DNA of 64,000 nt from positions 295,988,001 to 296,052,000 of the forward strand of contig OZ024740.1 in assembly GCA_964016885.1 (NCBI GenBank). The letters are read 5' to 3'. Shown in pieces: positions 32,801 through 48,700 of the stretch. A program made the translations under genes and the position numbers. Origin of the DNA: Eledone cirrhosa. Taxonomy: Eukaryota. The notes beneath the pieces are model-generated. The model had not been told where the DNA came from. It was given only the letters and a program-made list of their open reading frames with translations, and searched no databases. Each line of letters opens with the position of its first letter. The stretch's first letter is position 1.

Positions 32801-35800
32801 ATATATTATATAGATAGTGAGTGTACCTAAGAATATTTTATATCGACAGTGAGTGTACCTAATAATATATTATATAGACAGTGAGTGTACCTAACAATAT
32901 ATTATATAGACAGTGAATGTATCCAAGAATATATTATATAGACAGTGATTGTACCTAAGAATATATTATATAGACAGTGACTGGACCTAATAATATATTA
33001 TATAGACAGTGACTGGACCTAATAATATATTATATAGACAGTGAGTGTACCTAACAATATATTATATAGACAGTGACTGTACCTAACAATATATTATATA
33101 GACAGTGAGTGTACCTAAGAATATATTCTATAGACAGTGAGTGTACCTAACAATATATAATATAGACAGTGAGTGTATCTAAGAATATATTATATAGACA
33201 GTGATTGTACCTAAGAATATATTATATAGATAGTGGGTGCACCTAAGAATATATTATATAGACAGTGAGTGTACCTAAGAATATATTATATAGACAGTGA
33301 ATGTACCTACGAATATATTATATAGATAGTGAGTGTACCTCAGAATATATAATATAGAGAGTGAGTGTACCTAAGAATATATTATATACACAGTGACTGT
33401 ACCTAAGAATATATTATATAGACAGTGAGTGTACTTAAGAATATATTATATAGACAGTGACTGTACCTAACGATATATTATATAGACAGTGAGTGTACTG
33501 AGAATATATTATATAAACAGTGAGTGTACCTAAGAATATATTATATAGACAGTGAGTGTACCTAAGAATATATTATATAGACAGTGAGTGTACCTAAGAA
33601 TATATTATATAGACAGTGAGTGTACCTAAGAATATATTATATAGACAGTTAGTGTTCCCTAGAATATATTATATAGATAGTGAGTGTACCTAAGAATATT
33701 TTATATAGACAGTGAGTGTACCAAATAATATATTATATAGACATTGAGTGTACCTAACAATATATTATATAGACAGTGAATGTATCCAAGAATATATTAT
33801 ATAGACAGTGATTGTACCTAAGAATATATTATATAGACAGTGACTGGACCTAATAATATATTATATAGACAGTGAGTGTATCTAAGAATATATTATATAG
33901 ACAGTGACTGTACCTAAGAATATATTATATAGACAGTGAGTGTATTGAGAATATATTATTTAGACAGTGAGTAGCTAAGAATATATTATATAGACAGTGA
34001 GTGTACCTAAGAATATATTATATAGACAGTGAGTGTACCTAAGAATATATTATATAGACAGTGAGTGTACCTGAGAATATATTATATAGACAGTGAGTGT
34101 ATCTAAGAATATATTATATAGACAGTGAGTTTACTGAGAATATATTATATAGACAGCCAGTGTACCTAAGAATATATTATATAGACAGTGAGTGTCCCCG
34201 AGAATATATTATATAGACAGTGAGTGTACCTAAGAATATATTATATAGACAGTGAGTGTACCTAAGAATATATTATATAGACAGTGAGTGTACCTAACAA
34301 TATATTATATAGACAGTGAGTGTACCTAAGAATATATTATATAGACAGAGATTGTACCTAAGAATATATTATATAGATAGTGAGTGCACCTAAGAATATA
34401 TATTATATAGACAGTGAGTGTACCTAAGAATATATTATATAGATAGTGAGTGTACCTCAGAATATATAATATAGACAGTGAGTGTACCTAAGAATATATT
34501 ATATAGACAGTGACTGTACCTAAGAATATATTATATAGACAGTGAGTGTACCTAAGAATATATTATATAGACAGTGACTGTACCTAACAATATATTATAT
34601 AGATAGTGAGTGTACCTAACAATATATTATATAGACAGTGAGTGTACCTAAGAATATATTATATCGACAGTGAATGTATCTAACAATATATTATATAGAC
34701 AGTGAGTGTACTGAGAGTATATTATATAGACAGTGAGTGTACTGAGAATATATTATATAGACAGTGAGTGTACCTAAGAATATATTACATAGACAGTGAG
34801 TGTACCTAAGAATATATTATATAGACAGTGAGTGTACTGAGAATATATTATATAGACAGTAAGTGTACCTAAGAATATATTATATAGACAGTGTGTGTAC
34901 CTAAGAATATATTATATAGACAGTGAGTGTACCTAAGAATATATTATATAGACAGTGAGCGTACCAAATAATATATTATATAGACAGTGAGTCTACCTAA
35001 GAATATATTATATAGATAGTGAGTGTACCTAAGAATATATTATATAGACAGTGAGTGTATCTTAGAATATATTATATAGACAGTGAGTGTATCTAAGAAT
35101 ATATTATATAGACAGTGAGTGTACCTAAGAATATATTATATAGATAGTGAGTGTACCTAAGAATATATTATATAGATAGTGAGTGTACCTAAGAATATAT
35201 TATATAGACAGTGAGTGTATCTAAGAATATATTATATAGACAGTGAGTGTACCTAAGCATATATTATATAGACAGGAGTGTACCTGAGAATATATTATAT
35301 AGACAGTGAATGTATCTAAGATCTAAGTATATATTATATAGACAGTGAGTGTACCTAAGAATATATTATATAGACAGTGAGTGTACCTAAGAATATATTA
35401 TATAGACAGTGAGTGTACCTAAGAATATATTATATAGACAGCGAGTGTACCTAAAATATATTATATAGACAGTGAGTGTACATAAGAATATATTATATAG
35501 ACAGTGAGTGTACCTATGAATATATTATATAGACAGTGAGTGTACCTAACAATATATTATATAGACAGTGAGTGTACCTAAGAATATATTATATAGACAG
35601 TGAGTGTACCTAAGAATATATTATATAGACAGTGACTGTAGCTAACAATATATTATATAGATAGTGAGTGTACCTAACAATATATTATATAGACAGTGAG
35701 TGTACCTAAGAATATATTATATAGACAGTGAATGTATCTAACAATATATTATATAGACAGTGAGTGTACTGAGAATATATTATAGAGACAGTGAGTGTAA

Positions 35801-38800
35801 TGAGAATATATTATATAGACAATGAATGTACCTAACAATATATTATATAGACAGTGAGTGTACTGAGAGTATATTATATAGACAGTGAGTGTACTGAGAA
35901 TATATTATATAGACAGTGACTGTACCTAAGAATATATTACATAGACAGTGAGTGTACCTAAGAATATATTATATAGACAGTGAGTGTACCTAAGAATATA
36001 TTATATAGACAGTGAGTGTACTGAGAATATATTATATAGACAGTGAGTGTACCTAAGAATATATTATATAGACAGTGAGTGTACCTAAGAATATATTATA
36101 TAGACAGCGAGTGTACCTAAAATATATTATATAGACAGTGAGTGTACATAAGAATATATTATATAGACAGTGAGTGTACCTAAGAATATATTATATAGAC
36201 AGTGAGTGTACCTAACAATATATTATATAGACAGTGAGTGTACCTAAGAATATATTATATAGACAGTGAGTGTACCTAAGAATATATTATATAGTCAGTG
36301 ATTGTACCTAAGAATTTATTATATAGACAGTGAGTGTACCTAAGAATATATTATATAGACAGAGATTGTACCTAAGAATATATTATATAGATAGTGAGTG
36401 CACCTAAGAATATATATTATATAGACAGTGAGTGTACCTAAGAATATATTATATAGATAGTGAGTGTACCTCAGAATATATAATATAGACAGTGAGTGTA
36501 CCTAAGAATATATTATATAGACAGTGACTGTACCTAAGAATATATTATATAGACAGTGAGTGTACCTAAGAATATATTATATAGACAGTGACTGTACCTA
36601 ACAATATATTATATAGATAGTGAGTGTACCTAACAATATATTATATAGACAGTGAGTGTACCTAAGAATATATTATATCGACAGTGAATGTATCTAACAA
36701 TATATTATATAGACAGTGAGTGTACTGAGAGTATATTATATAGACAGTGAGTGTACTGAGAATATATTATATAGACAGTGAGTGTACCTAAGAATATATT
36801 ACATAGACAGTGAGTGTACCTAAGAATATATTATATAGACAGTGAGTGTACTGAGAATATATTATATAGACAGTAAGTGTACCTAAGAATATATTATATA
36901 GACAGTGTGTGTACCTAAGAATATATTATATAGACAGTGAGTGTACCTAAGAATATATTATATAGACAGTGAGTGTACCTGAGAATATATTATATAGACA
37001 GTGAGTGTACCTATGAATATATTATATAGACAGTGAGTGTACCTAAGAATATATTATATAGACAGTGAGCGTACCAAATAATATATTATATAGACAGTGA
37101 GTCTACCTAAGAATATATTATATAGATAGTGAGTGTACCTAAGAATATATTATATAGACAGTGAGTGTATCTTAGAATATATTATATAGACAGTGAGTGT
37201 ATCTAAGAATATATTATATAGACAGTGAGTGTACCTAAGAATATATTATATAGATAGTGAGTGTACCTAAGAATATATTATATAGATAGTGAGTGTACCT
37301 AAGAATATATTATATAGACAGTGAGTGTATCTAAGAATATATTATATAGACAGTGAGTGTACCTAAGCATATATTATATAGACAGGAGTGTACCTGAGAA
37401 TATATTATATAGACAGTGAATGTATCTAAGATCTAAGTATATATTATATAGACAGTGAGTGTACCTAAGAATATATTATATAGACAGTGAGTGTACCTAA
37501 GAATATATTATATAGACAGTGAGTGTACCTAAGAATATATTATATAGACAGCGAGTGTACCTAAAATATATTATATAGACAGTGAGTGTACATAAGAATA
37601 TATTATATAGACAGTGAGTGTACCTATGAATATATTATATAGACAGTGAGTGTACCTAACAATATATTATATAGACAGTGAGTGTACCTAAGAATATATT
37701 ATATAGACAGTGAGTGTACCTAAGAATATATTATATAGACAGTGACTGTAGCTAACAATATATTATATAGATAGTGAGTGTACCTAACAATATATTATAT
37801 AGACAGTGAGTGTACCTAAGAATATATTATATAGACAGTGAATGTATCTAACAATATATTATATAGACAGTGAGTGTACTGAGAATATATTATAGAGACA
37901 GTGAGTGTAATGAGAATATATTATATAGACAATGAATGTACCTAACAATATATTATATAGACAGTGAGTGTACTGAGAGTATATTATATAGACAGTGAGT
38001 GTACTGAGAATATATTATATAGACAGTGACTGTACCTAAGAATATATTACATAGACAGTGAGTGTACCTAAGAATATATTATATAGACAGTGAGTGTACC
38101 TAAGAATATATTATATAGACAGTGAGTGTACTGAGAATATATTATATAGACAGTGAGTGTACCTAAGAATATATTATATAGACAGTGAGTGTACCTAAGA
38201 ATATATTATATAGACAGCGAGTGTACCTAAAATATATTATATAGACAGTGAGTGTACATAAGAATATATTATATAGACAGTGAGTGTACCTAAGAATATA
38301 TTATATAGACAGTGAGTGTACCTAACAATATATTATATAGACAGTGAGTGTACCTAAGAATATATTATATAGACAGTGAGTGTACCTAAGAATATATTAT
38401 ATAGTCAGTGATTGTACCTAAGAATTTATTATATAGACAGTGAGTGTACCTAAGAATATATTATATAGACAGTGAGTGTACCTAACAATATATTATATAG
38501 ACAGTGAGTGTACCTAAGAATATATTATATAGACAGTGAGTGTACCTAAGAATATATTATATAGACAGTGAGTGTACCTAAGAATATATTATAGAGACAG
38601 TGAGTGTAATGAGAATATATTATATAGACAATGAATGTACCTAACAATATATTATATAGACAGTGAGTGTACTGAGAATATATTTTATAGACAGTGAGTG
38701 TAATGAGAATATTTCATATAGACAGTGAATGTACCTAACAATATATTATATAGACAGTGAGTGTACTGAGAATATATTATATAGACAGTGAGTGTACTGA

Positions 38801-39790
38801 GAATATATTATATAGACAGTGAGTGTACCTAAGAATATATTATATAGACAGTGAGTGTACCTAAGAATATATTATATAGACAGTGAGTGTACCTAAGAAT
38901 ATATTATATAGACAGTGAGTGTACCTAAGAATATATTATATAGACAGTTAGTGTTCCTAAGAATATATTATATAGATAGTGAGTGTACCTAAGAATATTT
39001 TATATAGACAGTGAGTGTACCTAATAATATATTATATAGACAGTGAGTGTACCTAACTATATATTATATAGACAGTGAATGTATCCAAGAATATATTATA
39101 TAGACAGTGATTGTACCTAAGAATATATTATATAGACAGTGACTGGACCTAATAATATATTATATAGACAGTGAATGTATCTAAGAATATATTATATAGA
39201 CAGTGACTGTACCTAAGAATATATTATATAGACAGTGAGTGTATTGAGAATATATTATTTAGACAGTGAGTAGCTAAGAATATATTATATAGACAGTGAG
39301 TGTACCTAAGAATATATTATATAGACAGTGAGTGTACCTAAGAATATATTATATAGACAGTGAGTGTACCTAAGAATATATTATATAGACAGTGAGTGTA
39401 CCTAAGAATATATTATATAGATAGTGAGTGCACCTAAGAATATATTATAGAGACAGTGAGTGTACCTAAGAATATATTATATAGACAGTGAATGTACCTA
39501 AGAATATATTATATAGATAGTGAGTGTACCTCAGAATATATAATATAGACAGTGAGTGTACCTAAGAATATATTATATAGACAGTGACTGTACCTAAGAA
39601 TATATTATATAGACAGTGAGTGTACCTAAGATTATATTATATAGACAGTGACTGTACCTAAGAATATATTATATAGACAGTGAATGTACCTAAGAATATA
39701 TTACATAGACAGTGAGTGTACCTAAGAATATATTATATAGACAGTGGATGTATCTATCAATATATTATATAGACAGTGAATGTATCTAAC

Positions 39791-42700
39791 AATATATTAT
39801 ATAGACAGTGAGTGTACTGAGAGTATATTATATAGACAGAGAGTGTACTGAGAATGTATTATATAGACAGTGAGTGTACCTAAGAATATATTACATAGAC
39901 AGTGAGTGTACCAAAGAATATATTATATAGACAGTGAGTGTACCTAAGAATATATTATATAGACAGTGAGTGTACTGAGATTATATTATATAGACAGTGA
40001 GTGTACCTAAGAATATATTATATAGACAGTGTGTGTACCTGAGAATATATTATATAGACAGTGAGTGTACCTAAGAATATATTATATAGACAGTGAGTGT
40101 ACTGAGATTATATTATATAGACAGTGAGTGTACCTAAGAATATATTATATAGACAGTGAGTGTACCTGAGAATATATTATATAGACAGTGAGTGTACCTA
40201 AGAATATATTATATAGACAGTGAGTGTACCTAAGAATATATTATATAGACAGTGAGTGTACCAAATAATATATAATATAGACAGTGAGTCTACCTAAGAA
40301 TATATTATATAGATAGTGAGTGTACCTAAGAATATATTATATAGACAGTGAGTGTATCTAAGAATATATTATATAGACAGTGAGTGTATCTAAGAATATA
40401 TTATATAGACAGTGAGTGTACCTAAGAATATATTATATAGATAGTGAGTGTACCTAAGAATATATTATATAGATAGTGAGTGTACCTAAGAATATATTAT
40501 ATAGACAGTGAGTGTATCTAAGAATATATTATATCGACAGTGAGTGTACCTAAGCATATATTATATAGACAGGAGTGTACCTGAGAATATATTATATAGA
40601 CAGTGAGTGTATCTAAGATCTAAGTATATATTATATAGACAGTGAGTGTACCTAAGAATATATTATATAGACAGTGAGTGTACCTAAGAATATATTATAT
40701 AGACAGTGAGTGTACCTAAGAATATATTATATAGACAGTGAGTGTACCTAAGAATATATTATATAGACAGTGAGTGTACCTAAGAATATATTATATAGAC
40801 AGGAGTGTACCTAAAATATATTATATAGACAGTGAGTGTACATAAGAATATATTATATAGACAGTGAGTGTACATAAGAATATATTATATAGACAGTGAG
40901 TGTACATAAGAATATATTATATAGACAGTGAGTGTCCCCGAGAATATATTATATAGACAGTGAGTGTACCTAAGAATATATTATATAGACAGTGAGTGTA
41001 CCTAAGAATATATTATATAGACAGTGAGTGTACCTAACAATATATTATATAGACAGTGAGTGTACCTAAGAATATATTATATAGACAGAGATTGTACCTA
41101 AGAATATATTATATAGATAGTGAGTGCACCTAAGAATATATATTATATAGACAGTGAGTGTACCTAAGAATATATTATATAGACAGTGAATGTACCTAAG
41201 AATATATTATATAGATAGTGAGTGTACCTCAGAATATATAATATAGACAGTGAGTGTACCTAAGAATATATTATATAGACAGTGACTGTACCTAAGAATA
41301 TATTATATAGACAGTGAGTGTACCTAAGAATATATTATATAGACAGTGACTGTACCTAACAATATATTATATAGATAGTGAGTGTACCTAACAATATATT
41401 ATATAGACAGTGAGTGTACCTAAGAATATATTATATCGACAGTGAATGTATCTAACAATATATTATATAGACAGTGAGTGTACTGAGAGTATATTATATA
41501 GACAGTGAGTGTACTGAGAATATATTATATAGACAGTGAGTGTACCTAAGAATATATTACATAGACAGTGAGTGTACCTAAGAATATATTATATAGACAG
41601 TGAGTGTACTGAGAATATATTATATAGACAGTAAGTGTACCTAAGAATATATTATATAGACAGTGTGTGTACCTAAGAATATATTATATAGACAGTGAGT
41701 GTACCTAAGAATATTTTATATAGACAGTGAGTGTACCTGAGAATATATTATATAGACAGTGAGTGTACCTATGAATATATTATATAGACAGTGAGTGTAC
41801 CTAAGAATATATTATATAGACAGTGAGCGTACCAAATAATATATTATATAGACAGTGAGTCTACCTAAGAATATATTATATAGATAGTGAGTGTACCTAA
41901 GAATATATTATATAGACAGTGAGTGTATCTTAGAATATATTATATAGACAGTGAGTGTATCTAAGAATATATTATATAGACAGTGAGTGTACCTAAGAAT
42001 ATATTATATAGATAGTGAGTGTACCTAAGAATATATTATATAGATAGTGAGTGTACCTAAGAATATATTATATAGACAGTGAGTGTATCTAAGAATATAT
42101 TATATAGACAGTGAGTGTACCTAAGCATATATTATATAGACAGGAGTGTACCTGAGAATATATTATATAGACAGTGAATGTATCTAAGATCTAAGTATAT
42201 ATTATATAGACAGTGAGTGTACCTAAGAATATATTATATAGACAGTGAGTGTACCTAAGAATATATTATATAGACAGTGAGTGTACCTAAGAATATATTA
42301 TATAGACAGCGAGTGTACCTAAAATATATTATATAGACAGTGAGTGTACATAAGAATATATTATATAGACAGTGAGTGTACCTATGAATATATTATATAG
42401 ACAGTGAGTGTACCTAACAATATATTATATAGACAGTGAGTGTACCTAAGAATATATTATATAGACAGTGAGTGTACCTAAGAATATATTATATAGACAG
42501 TGACTGTAGCTAACAATATATTATATAGATAGTGAGTGTACCTAACAATATATTATATAGACAGTGAGTGTACCTAAGAATATATTATATAGACAGTGAA
42601 TGTATCTAACAATATATTATATAGACAGTGAGTGTACTGAGAATATATTATAGAGACAGTGAGTGTAATGAGAATGTATTATATAGACAATGAATGTACC

Positions 42701-45700
42701 TAACAATATATTATATAGACAGTGAGTGTACTGAGAGTATATTATATAGACAGTGAGTGTACTGAGAATATATTATATAGACAGTGACTGTACCTAAGAA
42801 TATATTACATAGACAGTGAGTGTACCTAAGAATATATTATATAGACAGTGAGTGTACCTAAGAATATATTATATAGACAGTGAGTGTACTGAGAATATAT
42901 TATATAGACAGTGAGTGTACCTAAGAATATATTATATAGACAGTGAGTGTACCTAAGAATATATTATATAGACAGCGAGTGTACCTAAAATATATTATAT
43001 AGACAGTGAGTGTACATAAGAATATATTATATAGACAGTGAGTGTACCTAAGAATATATTATATAGACAGTGAGTGTACCTAACAATATATTATATAGAC
43101 AGTGAGTGTACCTAAGAATATATTATATAGACAGTGAGTGTACCTAAGTATATATTATATAGTCAGTGATTGTACCTAAGAATTTATTATATAGACAGTG
43201 AGTGTACCTAAGAATATATTATATAGACAGTGAGTGTACCTAACAATATATTATATAGACAGTGAGTGTACCTAAGAATATATTATATAGACAGTGAGTG
43301 TACCTAAGAATATATTATATAGACAGTGAGTGTACCTAAGAATATATTATATAGACAGTGAGTGTACCTAAGAATATATTATATAGACAGTGAGTGTACC
43401 TAAGAATATATTATATAGACAGTGAGTCTACCTAAGAATATATTATATAGACAGTGAGTGTACCTAAGAATATATTATATAGACAGTGAGTGTACCTAAG
43501 AATATATTATATAGACAGTGAGTGTACCTAAGAATATATTATATAGACAGTGAGTGTATCTAACAATATATTATATAGACAGTGAGTGTACTGAGAATAT
43601 ATTTTATAGACAGTGAGTGTAATGAGAATATTTCATATAGACAGTGAATGTACCTAACAATATATTATATAGACAGTGAGTGTACTGAGAATATATTATA
43701 TAGACAGTGAGTGTACTGAGAATATATTATATAGACAGTGAGTGTACCTAAGAATATATTATATAGACAGTGAGTGTACCTAAGAATATATTATATAGAC
43801 AGTGAGTGTACCTAAGAATATAGTATATTGACAGTGAGTGTACCTAAGAATATATTATATAGACAGTTAGTGTTCCTAAGAATATATTATATAGATAGTG
43901 AGTGTACCTAAGAATATTTTATATAGACAGTGAGTGTACCTAATAATATATTATATAGACAGTGAGTGTACCTAACTATATATTATATAGACAGTGAATG
44001 TATCCAAGAATATATTATATAGACAGTGATTGTACCTAAGAATATATTATATAGACAGTGACTGGACCTAATAATATATTATATAGACAGTGAATGTATC
44101 TAAGAATATATTATATAGACAGTGACTGTACCTAAGAATATATTATATAGACAGTGAGTGTATTGAGAATATATTATTTAGACAGTGAGTAGCTAAGAAT
44201 ATATTATATAGACAGTGAGTGTACCTAAGAATATATTATATAGACAGTGAGTGTACCTAAGAATATATTATATAGACAGTGAGTGTACCTGAGAATATAT
44301 TATATAGACAGTGAGTGTATCTAAGAATATATTATATAGACAGTGAGTTTACTGAGAATATATTATATAGACAGCCAGTGTACCTAAGAATATATTATAT
44401 AGACAGTGAGTTTCCCCGAGAATATATTATATAGACAATGAGTGTACCTAAGAATATATTATATAGACAGTGAGTGTACCTAAGAATATATTATATAGAC
44501 AGTGAGTGTACCTAACAATATATTATATAGACAGTGAGTGTACCTAAGAATATATTATATAGACAGTGAGTGTACCTAAGAATATATTATATAGATAGTG
44601 AGTGCACCTAAGAATATATTATAGAGACAGTGAGTGTACCTAAGAATATATTATATAGACAGTGAGTGTACTGAGAATATATTATATAGACAGTAAGTGT
44701 ACCTAAGAATATATTATATAGACAGTGTGTGTACCTAAGAATATATTATATAGACAGTGAGTGTACCTAAGAATATATTATATAGACAGTGAGTGTACCT
44801 GAGAATATATTATATAGACAGTGAGTGTACCTATGAATATATTATATAGACAGTGAGTGTACCTAAGAATATATTATATAGACAGTGAGCGTACCAAATA
44901 ATATATTATATAGACAGTGAGTCTACCTAAGAATATATTATATAGATAGTGAGTGTACCTAAGAATATATTATATAGACAGTGAGTGTATCTTAGAATAT
45001 ATTATATAGACAGTGAGTGTATCTAAGAATATATTATATAGACAGTGAGTGTACCTAAGAATATATTATATAGATAGTGAGTGTACCTAAGAATATATTA
45101 TATAGATAGTGAGTGTACCTAAGAATATATTATATAGACAGTGAGTGTATCTAAGAATATATTATATAGACAGTGAGTGTACCTAAGCATATATTATATA
45201 GACAGGAGTGTACCTGAGAATATATTATATAGACAGTGAATGTATCTAAGATCTAAGTATATATTATATAGACAGTGAGTGTACCTAAGAATATATTATA
45301 TAGACAGTGAGTGTACCTAAGAATATATTATATAGACAGTGAGTGTACCTAAGAATATATTATATAGACAGCGAGTGTACCTAAAATATATTATATAGAC
45401 AGTGAGTGTACATAAGAATATATTATATAGACAGTGAGTGTACCTATGAATATATTATATAGACAGTGAGTGTACCTAACAATATATTATATAGACAGTG
45501 AGTGTACCTAAGAATATATTATATAGACAGTGAGTGTACCTAAGAATATATTATATAGACAGTGACTGTAGCTAACAATATATTATATAGATAGTGAGTG
45601 TACCTAACAATATATTATATAGACAGTGAGTGTACCTAAGAATATATTATATAGACAGTGAATGTATCTAACAATATATTATATAGACAGTGAGTGTACT

Positions 45701-48700
45701 GAGAATATATTATAGAGACAGTGAGTGTAATGAGAATATATTATATAGACAATGAATGTACCTAACAATATATTATATAGACAGTGAGTGTACTGAGAGT
45801 ATATTATATAGACAGTGAGTGTACTGAGAATATATTATATAGACAGTGACTGTACCTAAGAATATATTACATAGACAGTGAGTGTACCTAAGAATATATT
45901 ATATAGACAGTGAGTGTACCTAAGAATATATTATATAGACAGTGAGTGTACTGAGAATATATTATATAGACAGTGAGTGTACCTAAGAATATATTATATA
46001 GACAGTGAGTGTACCTAAGAATATATTATATAGACAGCGAGTGTACCTAAAATATATTATATAGACAGTGAGTGTACCTAAGAATATATTATATAGACAG
46101 TGAGTGTACCTAAGAATATATTATATAGACAGTGAGTGTACCTAACAATATATTATATAGACAGTGAGTGTACCTAAGAATATATTATATAGACAGTGAG
46201 TGTACCTAAGAATATATTATATAGTCAGTGATTGTACCTAAGAATTTATTATATAGACAGTGAGTGTACCTAAGAATATATTATATAGACAGTGAGTGTA
46301 CCTAACAATATATTATATAGACAGTGAGTGTACCTAAGAATATATTATATAGACAGTGAGTGTACCTAAGAATATATTATATAGACAGTGAGTGTACCTA
46401 AGAATATATTATATAGACAGTGAGTGTACCTAAGAATATATTATATAGACAGTGAGTGTACCTAAGAATATATTATATAGACAGTGAGTCTACCTAAGAA
46501 TATATTATATAGACAGTGAGTGTATCTAAGAATATATTATATAGACAGTGAGTGTACCTAAGAATATATTATATAGACAGTGAGTGTACCTAAGAATATA
46601 TTATATAGACAGTGAGTGTATCTAACAATATATTATATAGACAGTGAGTGTACTGAGAATATATTTTATAGACAGTGAGTGTAATGAGAATATTTCATAT
46701 AGACAGTGAATGTACCTAACAATATATTATATAGACAGTGAGTGTACTGAGAATATATTATATAGACAGTGAGTGTACTGAGAATATATTATATAGACAG
46801 TGAGTGTACCTAAGAATATATTATATAGACAGTGAGTGTACCTAAGAATATATTATATAGACAGTGAGTGTACCTAAGAATATATTATATAGACAGTGAG
46901 TATACCTAAGAATATATTATATAGACAGTTAGTGTTCCTAAGAATATATTATATAGATAGTGAGTGTACCTAAGAATATTTTATATAGACAGTGAGTGTA
47001 CCTAATAATATATTATATAGACAGTGAGTGTACCTAACTATATATTATATAGACAGTGAATGTATCCAAGAATATATTATATAGACAGTGATTGTACCTA
47101 AGAATATATTATATAGACAGTGACTGGACCTAATAATATATTATATAGACAGTGAATGTATCTAAGAATATATTATATAGACAGTGACTGTACCTAAGAA
47201 TATATTATATAGACAGTGAGTGTATTGAGAATATATTATTTAGACAGTGAGTAGCTAAGAATATATTATATAGACAGTGAGTGTACCTAAGAATATATTA
47301 TATAGACAGTGAGTGTACCTAAGAATATATTATATAGACAGTGAGTGTACCTGAGAATATATTATATAGACAGTGAGTGTATCTAAGAATATATTATATA
47401 GACAGTGAGTTTACTGAGAATATATTATATAGACAGCCAGTGTACCTAAGAATATATTATATAGACAGTGAGTGTCCCCGAGAATATATTATATAGACAA
47501 TGAGTGTACCTAAGAATATATTATATAGACAGTGAGTGTACCTAAGAATATATTATATAGACAGTGAGTGTACCTAACAATATATTATATAGACAGTGAG
47601 TGTACCTAACAATATATTATATAGACAGTGAGTGTACCTAAGAATATATTATATAGATAGTGAGTGCACCTAAGAATATATTATAGAGACAGTGAGTGTA
47701 CCTAAGAATATATTATATAGACAGTGAATGTACCTAAGAATATATTATATAGATAGTGAGTGTACCTCAGAATATATAATATAGACAGTGAGTGTACCTA
47801 AGAATATATTATATAGACAGTGACTGTACCTAAGAATATATTATATAGACAGTGAGTGTACCTAAGATTATATTATATAGACAGTGACTCTACCTAAGAA
47901 TATATTATATAGACAGTGAATGTACCTAAGAATATATTACATAGACAGTGAGTGTACCTAAGAATATATTATATAGACAGTGGATGTATCTAACAATATA
48001 TTATATAGACAGTGAATGTATCTAACAATATATTATATAGACAGTGAGTGTACTGAGAGTATATTATATAGACAGTGAGTGTACTGAGAATGTATTATAT
48101 AGACAGTGAGTGTACCTAAGAATATATTACATAGACAGTGAGTGTACCAAAGAATATATTATATAGACAGTGAGTGTACCTAAGAATATATTATATAGAC
48201 AGTGAGTGTACTGAGATTATATTATATAGACAGTGAGTGTACCTAAGAATATATTATATAGACAGTGTGTGTACCTAAGAATATATTATATAGACAGTGA
48301 GTGTACCTAAGAATATATTATATAGACAGTGAGTGTACCTGAGAATATATTATATAGACAGTGAGTGTACCTAAGAATATATTATATAGACAGTGAGTGT
48401 ACCTAAGAATATATTATATAGACAGTGAGTGTACCAAATAATATATTATATAGACAGTGAGTCTACCTAAGAATATATTATATAGATAGTGAGTGTACCT
48501 AAGAATATATTATATAGACAGTGAGTGTATCTAAGAATATATTATATAGACAGTGAGTGTATCTAAGAATATATTATATAGACAGTGAGTGTACCTAAGA
48601 ATATATTATATAGATAGTGAGTGTACCTAAGAATATATTATATAGATAGTGAGTGTACCTAAGAATATATTATATAGACAGTGAGTGTATCTAAGAATAT

